A DNA stretch of 64,000 bases, from positions 285 to 64,284 of the forward strand of contig JBMTCP010000011.1 of assembly GCA_049431025.1 (NCBI GenBank), read 5' to 3'. A program made the translations under genes and the position numbers. Under the pieces are notes generated by a model. That model worked only from the letters and a program-made list of their open reading frames with translations. It ran no database searches and was not told where the DNA came from. Origin of the DNA: Bacteroidia bacterium. Its GTDB lineage: Bacteria; Bacteroidota; Bacteroidia; UBA7662. The first letter of the stretch is position 1. Each line of letters opens with the position of its first letter. Below are positions 1 to 9,753 of this stretch, piece by piece.

Positions 1-79
1 ACCACCTCATTTTTTATCGGGACCACAAAGGTAGTTCTTGATGGCTTAATGCGTTTGCATTCCCGTTTTATGTGGAAAA

Positions 80-469
80 CTAAAAGGTACCCGTAGCCAG
101 CATCACCAAAGTGCAGGCCTGCACGCATTCCTTTCCCGTAGCACGTATGGCCTCCTCCAGAAGCGGGTTTTCAGTTCCTGGATTAAAAATAATACGTCTA
201 AAACCCTTATCCAGAAGGGTTTCAGCCCACACCGTCTGTGCCTTTGGACCCAGGTAAAGGGTGATCGTATCCGGCAAAAACTCCTCTGGGGCGGGCCAAA
301 CGGTATGGATACTCATTCCGTGGATTTCTCCCGATTTAAGACCCAAAAGGTAACAGTTATACCCTTTTTGACGCAATTGAAGGGCTGCGCGGTAAGCGTA
401 ACGCTCGGGATTGGGAGAAGCCCCAAGGACAAGTACTTTCATCAACTGGTTTATTTTTTGGTTAAACAA
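80..469 (-). CDS. CoA-binding domain protein
   Basis: ORF translation carries the KVLVLGASPNPERYAYRA... pattern typical of the small CoA-binding (YccU-like) family. It overlaps the 3' end of the upstream gene by 19 nt, so the true start may be the internal M at about 442. Confidence 0.7.
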   Translation of the reverse strand: MFNQKINQLMKVLVLGASPNPERYAYRAALQLRQKGYNCYLLGLKSGEIHGMSIHTVWPAPEEFLPDTITLYLGPKAQTVWAETLLDKGFRRIIFNPGTENPLLEEAIRATGKECVQACTLVMLATGTF

Positions 470-2004
470 AGAGCATCAACACTGGCCCATGCATCCAAAA
501 TGGCGCTCATAATGCCTCCGGCATAACCTGCTCCTTCTCCAACCGGATACAAATTGGTGCAGGCCGGGTGGGTCCGGGCAACAGGATCCCGAGGTACACG
601 AACCGGCGAAGAGGTTCGGGATTCGGGACCTACAACCACCGCTCCTTCGCTCAAAAGATGGGGCCAGCGTTGTGCCCATTGTGCGAGCCCTGCCCTAAGC
701 CGGTCATGGATTTCTTGAGGATAGAGTTGGTACAAGGGTGAGGCCTTGGTCCCCGGGCGATAGGAACATTCACGCAAATCATGGGTAGGTACGCCTTGAA
801 CAAAATCAAAGAGATTTTGGGCAGGAGCCCGCTGGTCCCCCCCTCCCATCTCGGCGGCTTTTGCCTCGATTTGTTCCTGAAAACGAAGCAAAGCCAAGGG
901 ATCTTCTGCACGGGCATTTGGAATATCCTGGAGATTAACCTCAGTAACCCAACCTGAATTAGCCGTGCGGTTGTTGCGTTTGCTGGGTGACCAGCCGTTG
1001 GTGACCACAGCTTCCAACGAGGTGGCACAGGGAGCCATGATCCCCCCAGGACACATACAGAAAGAATACACCCCACGTCCACCCACCTGTTCCACCACAG
1101 CGTACGACGCTGGGGGCCATAGCGACCTCAAAGAGGCTTTTTGCCGGTAACGCCATTGGTTAACCCATTCCTGGGGATGCTCTATCCGGACTCCCATGGC
1201 CAAGGGCTTGGCTTGGATTTCCAGTCCAGCGCGCTGCAACATTCCAAAAACATCGCGGGCACTGTGCCCCGTACAAAGCATCAGCATATCTACAGGAATT
1301 CTTTCGCCCGATTCCAACAGCATGCCCCGAATACGTCCCTGGGAAAACTCCAACTCCGCAATGCGTTGGTTAAAATGAAAAATGCCGCCATGAGCCAAAA
1401 TCGTCTCCCTGGCCTTTTCGATGAGTGCAGGTAATTTATTGGTACCAATGTGTGGATGAGCATCGTACATGATTTGGGACGGTGCCCCCAGATCCACCAA
1501 AAGACGAAGTACGCTTGCCACATCCCCTCTTTTGGTGGCACGGGTGTATAATTTGCCATCGCTAAAGGTCCCTGCCCCACCCTCACCGTAACAATAATTC
1601 GATTCAGGGTTCAAGCGACCATCACGGCTTAGCAAGGCCACATCCCGCCGGCGTTCCCGCACCCGTTGACCTCTTTCCCAAACCACAGGCCGCCACCCCC
1701 GTTCCAAACAGCGCAACGCAGCAAAAATCCCTGCGGGGCCTGCCCCCACAATATGCAATACAGGAGCATTTTCGGGGGTAACCAAGGGCTCAAACGGCCT
1801 ACCCCTGGCGGCTTCGGCTTCAGGGCTTCGGGAATCCGCCACCCAAACCCCCACCTTGGGCCTGGATCCTCGAGCATCCAGGCTACGCTTCAAGACCACC
1901 AAACGGCCTGGGGGTATAGCAGGGCAACGTTCCTTGAGCAACGTCATCCAGTCATCCGCTTCGTAGACCTCATTAGGGTCCAATTCTAATCGAAAATTAT
2001 TCAT
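451..2004 (-). CDS. FAD-dependent oxidoreductase (COG2509-like)
   Basis: A dinucleotide-binding motif (HIVGAGPAGIFAAL) is present, and the family-typical N-terminus MNNFRLELDPNE... sits at the internal ATG ending at 2004. The longest ORF extends to 2097. Confidence 0.7.
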   Translation of the reverse strand: MNNFRLELDPNEVYEADDWMTLLKERCPAIPPGRLVVLKRSLDARGSRPKVGVWVADSRSPEAEAARGRPFEPLVTPENAPVLHIVGAGPAGIFAALRCLERGWRPVVWERGQRVRERRRDVALLSRDGRLNPESNYCYGEGGAGTFSDGKLYTRATKRGDVASVLRLLVDLGAPSQIMYDAHPHIGTNKLPALIEKARETILAHGGIFHFNQRIAELEFSQGRIRGMLLESGERIPVDMLMLCTGHSARDVFGMLQRAGLEIQAKPLAMGVRIEHPQEWVNQWRYRQKASLRSLWPPASYAVVEQVGGRGVYSFCMCPGGIMAPCATSLEAVVTNGWSPSKRNNRTANSGWVTEVNLQDIPNARAEDPLALLRFQEQIEAKAAEMGGGDQRAPAQNLFDFVQGVPTHDLRECSYRPGTKASPLYQLYPQEIHDRLRAGLAQWAQRWPHLLSEGAVVVGPESRTSSPVRVPRDPVARTHPACTNLYPVGEGAGYAGGIMSAILDAWASVDALCLTKK

Positions 2005-2182
2005 CCCATAATGAAAACTATAGCACAAAGATGAGGAAAACCCGGGTTTATCCACCGAACCAAAGCGGTTATCCACCGCGAAACGCTCTTTATGCACCTT
2101 GCGCCAGCGATGCCCCTAAAAAAGAGGAAAAGAAAAAGGTGATAACAAAAAAGGAGCAGGGACGTAGGCCTAAGTTTGTGGT

Positions 2183-3709
2183 ATGGAGCCAACGAATGCC
2201 TTAATTAAAAAACGTGGAGTGAACAGAAACACCTCGCTGAACCCTGCCCTTTTGACCGGGAAAATCCCCCCCCAGGCACTGGAGGTTGAACAGGCCGTTC
2301 TCGGCGCCTTGATGCTCGAAAAGGAGGCGCTCTCCCAAGTTATTGATCTGCTGCATCCGGATGTTTTTTACCTCGAAAAAAACCGTTGGATTTTTGAAGC
2401 AATTCGTTTGCTTTTCGAAAAATCGGAACCGGTAGACCTTTTGACCGTAACCCAGGAACTCAAATCTCTTGGACGCCTGGATGAAGTAGGTGGTCCCTAC
2501 TACATCGCCGAATTAACCAACCGGGTGAGTTCATCAGCAAACATTGATTTCCACGCGCGCATACTCTTGGAAAAGTACATTTTGAGGGAACTCATCCACC
2601 TTTCGGGCGACATGTCCACCGAAGCCTTTGACGATACAACGGATGTTTTTGAATTACTGGATCGATGCGAAACCAAACTCTTTGGAATCGCCGACCGTAA
2701 CATTCGCCGTAATGGCGATGGAATTAACGATTTGGTCCAAAAAGCCTTTAAGCAAATTCAGGCCGTTTCCCAGCAAGCAGACGGCCTCTCCGGCATACCA
2801 TCAGGATTTACAGAACTTGACCGACTCACCTCAGGCTGGCAAAAGGGAAGCCTCAACATCATCGCCGCAAGACCCGGTATGGGTAAAACGGCTTTTGTCC
2901 TGAGTTTAGCCCGCAATGCCTCGGTGGATTTCCAAAAAGGCGTTGCTTTCTTTTCTTTAGAAATGTCAGGTATTGAGTTAATCAACCGCCTTCTGTCTTC
3001 GGAAACCGAAATCGAGGGCGAAAAACTTAAAAAAGGAAAATTAGCTCAGCACGAGTGGATTCAACTCACCAGCCGAACGGATAACTTGACCCGTGCGCCT
3101 CTTTATATCGACGATACCCCCCAATTGACCCTCTTTGAATTGCGGGCCAAATGCCGCAGATTGAAATCCAAACACGACATACAACTTATTGTTATAGACT
3201 ACCTACAACTCATGGGTGGTGGCTCAAACGATGCCTCTGGCATGAACCGAGAACAAGTTATTGCATCCATATCCCGTGGGCTCAAAGCTTTGGCCAAGGA
3301 ACTCGAAGTACCGGTGATTGCCTTGAGCCAATTGAGCCGACAAGTGGAAGTACGAGGGGGTAATAAAAAACCAATGTTATCGGATTTACGCGAATCGGGA
3401 GCTATTGAACAGGATGCCGACATGGTTATGTTTATCTATCGACCCGATTACTACAATATGGAGGGCGACAGTTTTCCCGACCAAGCCCAAATCATTGTTG
3501 CCAAACACCGTAATGGCCAAACCGGAGAAATCAATTTGAGATTCCAAGCCAAATACGCCCGGTTTGTTAATCCGTCCGGACCGGGGGGAGCGTCGGATTT
3601 TGCCGGGGATCGACGCGACCCCTACGAACCCAATACACCTTATGGTGGTTCGGATCGGACATTCCCTTCCCGCTTGAATAATATGGATGAGGGACCTGCC
3701 CCTTACTAG
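2183..3709 (+). CDS. dnaB: replicative DNA helicase DnaB
   Basis: Has the N-terminal DnaB domain (PPQALEVEQAVLGALMLE), Walker A (ARPGMGKTAF) and the RecA-like C-terminal region. There is also a roughly 45-aa Gly/Pro/Asp-rich C-terminal tail. Confidence 0.9.
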   Translation: MEPTNALIKKRGVNRNTSLNPALLTGKIPPQALEVEQAVLGALMLEKEALSQVIDLLHPDVFYLEKNRWIFEAIRLLFEKSEPVDLLTVTQELKSLGRLDEVGGPYYIAELTNRVSSSANIDFHARILLEKYILRELIHLSGDMSTEAFDDTTDVFELLDRCETKLFGIADRNIRRNGDGINDLVQKAFKQIQAVSQQADGLSGIPSGFTELDRLTSGWQKGSLNIIAARPGMGKTAFVLSLARNASVDFQKGVAFFSLEMSGIELINRLLSSETEIEGEKLKKGKLAQHEWIQLTSRTDNLTRAPLYIDDTPQLTLFELRAKCRRLKSKHDIQLIVIDYLQLMGGGSNDASGMNREQVIASISRGLKALAKELEVPVIALSQLSRQVEVRGGNKKPMLSDLRESGAIEQDADMVMFIYRPDYYNMEGDSFPDQAQIIVAKHRNGQTGEINLRFQAKYARFVNPSGPGGASDFAGDRRDPYEPNTPYGGSDRTFPSRLNNMDEGPAPY

Positions 3710-4424
3710 TTTGGTATCGCCTGTGGAAATACCCCGGGTGCCGGCAGCTTGGGTACCTGTGCTGGAAGCGAGCGGAGCTATGGAAGCTCTCAAGGTGCCC
3801 CTAGGGCATCTGCGGCGAGCTTTGGATAACCAGGAAATTGTGTATCCCCAGCCTGGTAATCTTTTTCGTGCCCTTGAACTCTTGCCGCCTGAGGGGGTTC
3901 GCGTTGTCATCATGGGCCAAGACCCCTACCACAGCCCCGGCTTAGCAACCGGTTTGTGTTTTGCCGTAGCCGATGGGGTGCCGCCGCCTCCTTCACTCGT
4001 CAATATTGCCAAAGCCCTGGTATGGGATCAAGAAGCCTGCCTGCAGGAAGGGCGTGAGGATGCAATGACGTATCCTGTTGCCTGGCTCAAGACGAACTCC
4101 ACCCGGGAAAGTCCCCTTCGGTTGGAAGACTGGGCCCAACAAGGCGTTCTACTGCTCAACGAAACCCTAACTGTAAGTCCAGGCAAACCCGCATCGCACC
4201 GCAATTGGGGTTGGGGGACATGGACTACGTCCTTGTTGGAAGGGCTTGTCCGTCGAGGCCAACCCATGGTTTGGTTGTTATGGGGCAAAGAGGCCCAAAA
4301 ACATCGCAATCCCAGGGTCCATTGCCTGGAATCGGTTCACCCTTCTCCCCTTTCGGCCTACAGAGGCTTTCTCCATTGCCGCCATTTTTCGCAAGCCAAT
4401 CTAGTTTTGAGGACTTATCTTTAG
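3687..4424 (+). CDS. ung: uracil-DNA glycosylase, family 1
   Basis: Contains the GQDPYH water-activating motif, the LLLNETLTV motif and the HPSPLSAYRGF His motif, and aligns along its length with E. coli Ung. The ATG at 3687 overlaps the dnaB end by 23 nt; an alternative GTG start lies near 3744. Confidence 0.85.
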   Translation: MRDLPLTSLVSPVEIPRVPAAWVPVLEASGAMEALKVPLGHLRRALDNQEIVYPQPGNLFRALELLPPEGVRVVIMGQDPYHSPGLATGLCFAVADGVPPPPSLVNIAKALVWDQEACLQEGREDAMTYPVAWLKTNSTRESPLRLEDWAQQGVLLLNETLTVSPGKPASHRNWGWGTWTTSLLEGLVRRGQPMVWLLWGKEAQKHRNPRVHCLESVHPSPLSAYRGFLHCRHFSQANLVLRTYL

Positions 4425-4427
4425 GCC

Positions 4428-5642
4428 ATGACCCCAAAGCCATTCTGGACCTCCAAAAGGGTTCTGGAGCTGGAAGAATCCCAAACCCTGGCCATGGCTG
4501 CCCGAAGTCGGGCCTTGGCTGAGCAAGGCATAGAAATTATTAATCTAAGCCTGGGCGAACCGGATTTTGACACCCCTGAACATATCAAAATTGCAGCTTG
4601 TCAAGCCATCGAGGATAACTTTTCTCATTATACCCCGGTACCCGGTTACGCGGATTTACGTCAAGCCGTTTGCCAAAAAATGGAAAACGAATTGGGTTGG
4701 AACGTGAGTCCCGGTCAGGTGGTGTTCAGCACAGGTGCCAAACAAAGCTTAATTAATATCCTTTTGTCTGTTTTGAATCCAGGGGATGAGGTGTTGCTTC
4801 CGGCCCCCTATTGGGTTAGTTACGCCGGTATGATTCAAATGGCTGAGGCCAAAGCGGTTGTGGTGCAAGGTTCCCCAGGCAACGGCTACAAGGTTCTTCC
4901 GGAACAATTGGCTGCAGCGATTACCCCCCAAACAAGAATGCTTTTGTTTTCCTCCCCCTGCAACCCAAGTGGTGCAGCTTACAGCGCCCATGAATTGGAG
5001 TCTTGGGCGGAGGTGCTCAGGGATAGACCGGATATCTTGGTGGTTTCGGATGAAATTTATGAGCATATTCGCTTTGAGGGAAAGCATGCCAGCATTGTTC
5101 AACAGCCCGGGATGCAAAGCCGAACCGTGGTAGTGAACGGCATGTCCAAAGGCTTTGCCATGACAGGCTGGCGTTTAGGTTACGCTGTAGCGCCTCCCGA
5201 AATAGCCGAAGCCTGCGTCAAACTTCAGGGCCAATACACCTCGGCGACCTGTTCCATCGCCCAACGTGCCGCTTTGGCGGCATTGGGAGGCCCCATGGAA
5301 CCCACCTACAGCATGCGCGATGCCTTTCGACAACGTAGAGATTTGTTCTACAAGGCTTTGGAAGGCCTATACGGCTGGGAATGTCCCCTGCCCCAGGGTG
5401 CATTTTACCTCTTTCCCCGGATTGCCGATTGGTTCAAGATTGTTTGGCGGGGTGAGCCTTTGGGCCATGCCGAAAGGGTGACCGAATTTTTGCTGGAAGA
5501 GGCGAGGGTTGCAACGGTTGCCGGGGATGCCTTTGGCTGTCCCGATTGCTTGCGTTTGTCCACCGCCAGTTCCGAAGAGCTTCTTCTGGAAGCTGCGCGA
5601 CGAATTCGTTTGGCCATCGAAAGCCATCATCGTGTTGGTTGA
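4428..5642 (+). CDS. pyridoxal-phosphate-dependent aminotransferase, class I (aspartate aminotransferase-like)
   Basis: Typical AspC-family layout, with the NLSLGEPDFDTP motif and the PLP-lysine region SKGFAMTGWRLGY. Confidence 0.85.
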   Translation: MTPKPFWTSKRVLELEESQTLAMAARSRALAEQGIEIINLSLGEPDFDTPEHIKIAACQAIEDNFSHYTPVPGYADLRQAVCQKMENELGWNVSPGQVVFSTGAKQSLINILLSVLNPGDEVLLPAPYWVSYAGMIQMAEAKAVVVQGSPGNGYKVLPEQLAAAITPQTRMLLFSSPCNPSGAAYSAHELESWAEVLRDRPDILVVSDEIYEHIRFEGKHASIVQQPGMQSRTVVVNGMSKGFAMTGWRLGYAVAPPEIAEACVKLQGQYTSATCSIAQRAALAALGGPMEPTYSMRDAFRQRRDLFYKALEGLYGWECPLPQGAFYLFPRIADWFKIVWRGEPLGHAERVTEFLLEEARVATVAGDAFGCPDCLRLSTASSEELLLEAARRIRLAIESHHRVG

Positions 5643-6603
5643 TTTACCGGTTTGGCCTGCCCTTCGGTTTCTGGTTGCGGGTGACCTTATGCTTGATACC
5701 TACGCAGTAGGCAAGGTGAATCGACAATCACCCGAAGCACCTGTTGAAGTTCTGGAACTTGAGCATGAACGGAAGAGCGTGGGAGGAGCTGGCAATGTTG
5801 CGCTGAATTTGGTTGGCTTAGGCCATGAAGTACGACTAATGAGCACCTTGGGAAAAGATGTTGAGGGGGCCACTTTGCGTCAACTCCTCTTTGAAGCCGG
5901 GGTTTCGGTTGATTTTTTGGGAGAATTGCCTTCAACACCCACAACCCACAAAATCCGATACCTGGATGGAGTAAGGCATCTCCTTCGGGTGGACCATGAA
6001 AAAGTGGATTCGGTGAACCCTGCTGTGGACCATCATTTGGATCAGCAACTGGAGAACGCTTTGGATTCCGTGGATGTCCTGGTTTTGCAAGACTACGAAA
6101 AAGGTTTTTTCAACCCCCAACGCATTGAGCGACTGATTCAAAAAGGGCAAGAAAAGGGGATCCTGGTGGGGGTTGATCCGAAACGCGAACATTTTTGGGA
6201 ATTTCGGGGAGTGGATTTATTCAAGCCCAACCTCAAAGAATTGGAACAAGCCTTGGGACGACCTATTCCCGTCGATACGCCCCAATTGGAAGAGGCTTGC
6301 AGAGAAACCAGGGAACGGTTGGGCTGCCGCTTGTTGTTGGTCACCCTGGCCGAAAGAGGGGTTTGCTGGATGGACCATGGGGGCTTTGGGCGATTGGAGA
6401 CCAAGCGGATTGATGTGGTTGATGTCTGCGGGGCAGGTGACTCGGTGATTGCTGCGGCAAGCGCAGCCTTGGCATCCGGCATGTCCCCTCAACAAATTGC
6501 TGGGTGGTCCAACCTCGCCGGAGGCATGGCCTGCCTCAAATCCGGTACTCAACCTTTAGTTTTGACGGAGATTTTGCGGTATCGGGATACCTTAACTCAA
6601 TAA
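5632..6603 (+). CDS. D-glycero-beta-D-manno-heptose-7-phosphate kinase (RfaE/HldE domain I-like, PfkB family)
   Basis: LVAGDLMLDTYAVGKVNRQSPEAPVEV...GGAGNVA aligns with the HldE kinase domain, and the GAGD ribokinase-family motif is present. The longest ORF overlaps the upstream gene, so I placed the start at the GTG immediately after the aminotransferase stop. Confidence 0.65.
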   Translation: MLVDLPVWPALRFLVAGDLMLDTYAVGKVNRQSPEAPVEVLELEHERKSVGGAGNVALNLVGLGHEVRLMSTLGKDVEGATLRQLLFEAGVSVDFLGELPSTPTTHKIRYLDGVRHLLRVDHEKVDSVNPAVDHHLDQQLENALDSVDVLVLQDYEKGFFNPQRIERLIQKGQEKGILVGVDPKREHFWEFRGVDLFKPNLKELEQALGRPIPVDTPQLEEACRETRERLGCRLLLVTLAERGVCWMDHGGFGRLETKRIDVVDVCGAGDSVIAAASAALASGMSPQQIAGWSNLAGGMACLKSGTQPLVLTEILRYRDTLTQ

Positions 6604-6677
6604 CAGCGCCCTTGCCCTTTTTTCAAGCCTCTTGGTTTTTGCATTTACTCCGCTGGGAAGCGCCGGTGGAAAAGGTC

Positions 6678-8414
6678 ATGCTCTGGATTAGAACCTTGGG
6701 AACCATGGCTTCCGTAGGGTTAATGGTTTTGTATTTTGGATTCCCCCTTACCCTTGAAGGTCAATTTGAAATAATCAACTACCAGAACTCCCTTTTGGGA
6801 ATCTTTGGACTTCGGTTTCTTATTCGTGGGCTCTACGCTCGCTTTGAACTCAAGTACCTTTTTAACAATCCTTTGGAGACCCTTCTCTTGGGCTTATGGG
6901 CCATGGAGGGATTAAGCGCTTGGCTGGATCAGCCCTGGTTTGCCACCCGGGTAACAACGTACAGCCAACTTCTTCCCTACGCTTGGTTTGTGCATACGTT
7001 AGCCATCGGATTGGCCGGTCAAGAATTGATTCGACTCAGCAATTCGGTGGTTACGGTTCAACTCAAACCAGCCGCTACCTTGATTGTCTCCTTCCTTTTA
7101 CTAATTGCGGTTGGTACCGGCCTCTTTATGCTACCCCAAATGAGTGTGGGGCGTTATGGCCTTGATTTTGAAGACGCCCTGTTTACCTCCGTCTCGGCCA
7201 CCTGCGTTACCGGACTTTCCACCATCGATGTTGGACACGTCCTCACCCTCAAAGGTCAATGGGTCCTGTTGGGCTTGATTCAACTGGGCGGGATTGGAAT
7301 TTTAACATTCGCTACTTTTTTTGCGTTGTTTCTCAAAAAAGGGGTTGGTATTTCGCATCAAGCCATGATCAAGGACTTTATGTCCGAAGAGAACTTGTTT
7401 GATGCCAAAAAACTATTGGGACAAATTATCTTTTACTCCTTGTTTTTTGAATTAGGTGGCGCTTTGATGATTTACATGGCGTGGCCGGTGGAAGCCCCCT
7501 TTGCGGAACACAGCACACGCAGGGCTTTTCATTCGGTTTTTCATTCGGTTTCAGCCTTCAATAACGCCGGTTTTTCCTTGTACACCAACGGATTGGCTGA
7601 ACCCTTTTTGTACCATGCCCCCATACTTCGCATGGTCATTACCCTGCTTGTTGTATTTGGTGGACTGGGTTTTCCCGTTTTGCGTGACCTGATGGGATAC
7701 CATCAACTGGTGTCTCGTATCCGTTCCCCCTGGAAAAAGTGGAAATTATCCACCCGTATTTCGGTATGGACCGCTGTAACCCTCCTTTTGCTTGGGGCTG
7801 TTCTGTTTGGGGCTTTGGAATATCAACCCGGAGGAACCTTGGCAGGTCAAGAAAGTGGACGAATAATGGTTGATTCCCTCTTAGCCTCGGCCTCGGCCAG
7901 AACAGCCGGTTTCAATACCCTTGATGTTATGGCCTTTGGTGTGCCTTCGTGTTTGCTTTTGATTTTTTTGATGTTCATTGGGGGCGGATCCGGTTCTACC
8001 GCAGGCGGGATCAAAACCTCCACCTTTACCCTTTTGGTATTGGCTGTTTGGTCGACGATTCGTAACAAACGACAACTGGAACTGGGCGGCCGCTCCATTC
8101 CGTTTGAGCTTCTTAACAAAGCCTACACCATTTTCTTTTTTGCTGCTACCTATGTTTTTGGTTGTGTTTTTCTCCTCGCCGTGTTGGAGCCACAAATACC
8201 TATTCTGGATCTGGTTTTTGAGGAGGTTTCAGCTTTTGGCACAGTAGGCTTGAGCCGGGGACCGACCATGGCCATGGGTTCGGCAGGGCGTGCCATCCTC
8301 ATGGTTTCGATGTTCGTAGGAAGGGTTGGAACCTTGACCCTCGCTTTTGCTTTGGCCTCCCGTAGCGAAAACCAAAACTACAGTTTGCCCAAGTCCCATG
8401 TCCTGATCGGCTAG
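6678..8414 (+). CDS. TrkH/KtrB family potassium uptake protein
   Basis: Polytopic membrane protein with the repeated M-P-M pore-loop architecture and GxG-type selectivity motifs (IQLGGIG, GGGSGSTAGGIKT). The longest ORF begins at 6504 and overlaps the kinase; the first internal M after the kinase stop is at 6678. Confidence 0.75.
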   Translation: MLWIRTLGTMASVGLMVLYFGFPLTLEGQFEIINYQNSLLGIFGLRFLIRGLYARFELKYLFNNPLETLLLGLWAMEGLSAWLDQPWFATRVTTYSQLLPYAWFVHTLAIGLAGQELIRLSNSVVTVQLKPAATLIVSFLLLIAVGTGLFMLPQMSVGRYGLDFEDALFTSVSATCVTGLSTIDVGHVLTLKGQWVLLGLIQLGGIGILTFATFFALFLKKGVGISHQAMIKDFMSEENLFDAKKLLGQIIFYSLFFELGGALMIYMAWPVEAPFAEHSTRRAFHSVFHSVSAFNNAGFSLYTNGLAEPFLYHAPILRMVITLLVVFGGLGFPVLRDLMGYHQLVSRIRSPWKKWKLSTRISVWTAVTLLLLGAVLFGALEYQPGGTLAGQESGRIMVDSLLASASARTAGFNTLDVMAFGVPSCLLLIFLMFIGGGSGSTAGGIKTSTFTLLVLAVWSTIRNKRQLELGGRSIPFELLNKAYTIFFFAATYVFGCVFLLAVLEPQIPILDLVFEEVSAFGTVGLSRGPTMAMGSAGRAILMVSMFVGRVGTLTLAFALASRSENQNYSLPKSHVLIG

Positions 8415-9685
8415 GATTGACGAATAGCTTCCACCGGATCCATCCTCCCGGCTCGAACGGCCGGTAGGACGCCGGCGAGTAGACCAATAAAGGCCGAGAT
8501 AAGGCAAGCCGTAGTCACGTTTTTCCACAACAAGACCAAGTCCTGATCCAAACTTGCGTTGAGGACCACTACCGTTATACCAACGCCCACAAGCCCAAGG
8601 ACCCCCCCCATCAAACTGAGGACCACCGATTCAATTAGAAATTGCAGAATCACAAAGGAACGCTTTGCACCCAAAGCCATCTGGATACCGATTTGGGGCG
8701 TTCGCTCATAAACCGACACAAACATGATATTAGCTATTCCAAATCCGCCTACCAACAAAGAAAATCCACCAACTAACCAACCAATAATGCCTAAAGTGGC
8801 AAAGGTGCTTTGAAGTTGATTGGCAATCAGCGACAATTGGTTGAGAGCAAAATTATCCTCCTTGCGGGGGGCCAAGCGTCGGATAGCCCTCATATTCCCC
8901 TTAAGCTCGGCTTTGAATTCCGAGAACGGCACTGCTGGACCCGGCTTAGCGATGATAAGGGGGTAGAATTCCTCAAAGCGACTGCCTTTGGCCTTGCGCA
9001 ACCACTGGAGAGGCAGGAGAACCACCTCATCCAAGCTGGTATTGGCTGAATTATTACCCTCCAAACGGACTATACCGACCACCACGGCCTGCTGACCCAG
9101 AGCCCTTAGTTTCCTGCCTAGGGCCATTTCGGCTGAACCAAACAAATCTTCGGCAACCTTGGCCCCTAAAACCACGCATCGATCACCGGATGCCGATTCC
9201 CCTGGACGAAAAAACCGACCTTGTTCCAGTTCAAAAGACCTAAGCACGGGGTAATCCTGCGATACGGCATAGGCCTTGACCTGCTTGCGCTCCCTACCTG
9301 GCACGGACAACTTGTCCAATTCAAAATCCACCATCATCGCAATTTTGGCCCGATTACGGCTTCGGCGCTGCAATTCGCTAAATTCCCGAAAAGAAGGCTG
9401 GGGCCTGGCCATGTATTTCCACCAAGGGTATTCCGAGTTAAAACCCCAAGGCCATTTTTCTATGTAGACCACGTCATTGCCCAAGTTCGCGAGGGAACTT
9501 CGGATCTGGAGTTCCCAAGAATCCACCAAGGTGAAAACGGTGATGACGGTGAAAATCCCGATGGAAATACCCAACAAGGACAAAAAGGTCCTTAAACGAT
9601 TCGACCATAGCGAGAATACAGCCATACGAGCACCCTCCCTAAGGGGAAACAGCCCCATACTTAGCCTTGAACCTGACCCCTTCAA
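8411..9685 (-). CDS. ABC transporter permease, FtsX/MacB-like
   Basis: N-terminal TM helix, a large periplasmic domain, then three C-terminal TM helices; this is the FtsX-fold permease family. Confidence 0.8.
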   Translation of the reverse strand: MKGSGSRLSMGLFPLREGARMAVFSLWSNRLRTFLSLLGISIGIFTVITVFTLVDSWELQIRSSLANLGNDVVYIEKWPWGFNSEYPWWKYMARPQPSFREFSELQRRSRNRAKIAMMVDFELDKLSVPGRERKQVKAYAVSQDYPVLRSFELEQGRFFRPGESASGDRCVVLGAKVAEDLFGSAEMALGRKLRALGQQAVVVGIVRLEGNNSANTSLDEVVLLPLQWLRKAKGSRFEEFYPLIIAKPGPAVPFSEFKAELKGNMRAIRRLAPRKEDNFALNQLSLIANQLQSTFATLGIIGWLVGGFSLLVGGFGIANIMFVSVYERTPQIGIQMALGAKRSFVILQFLIESVVLSLMGGVLGLVGVGITVVVLNASLDQDLVLLWKNVTTACLISAFIGLLAGVLPAVRAGRMDPVEAIRQS

Positions 9686-9753
9686 TACGATTCGAATTAA
9701 CGCCTCAAGTTTACATTATCTTTGGCCTTTCTTTCCCAAAAACACCCCAGACC

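Noticed and set aside
6504-6677. N-terminal 58-aa extension of the TrkH ORF overlapping the kinase gene
   Set aside because: The extension has no TM or signal character and overlaps the upstream CDS by 100 nt. A start at the internal Met (6678) is more plausible.
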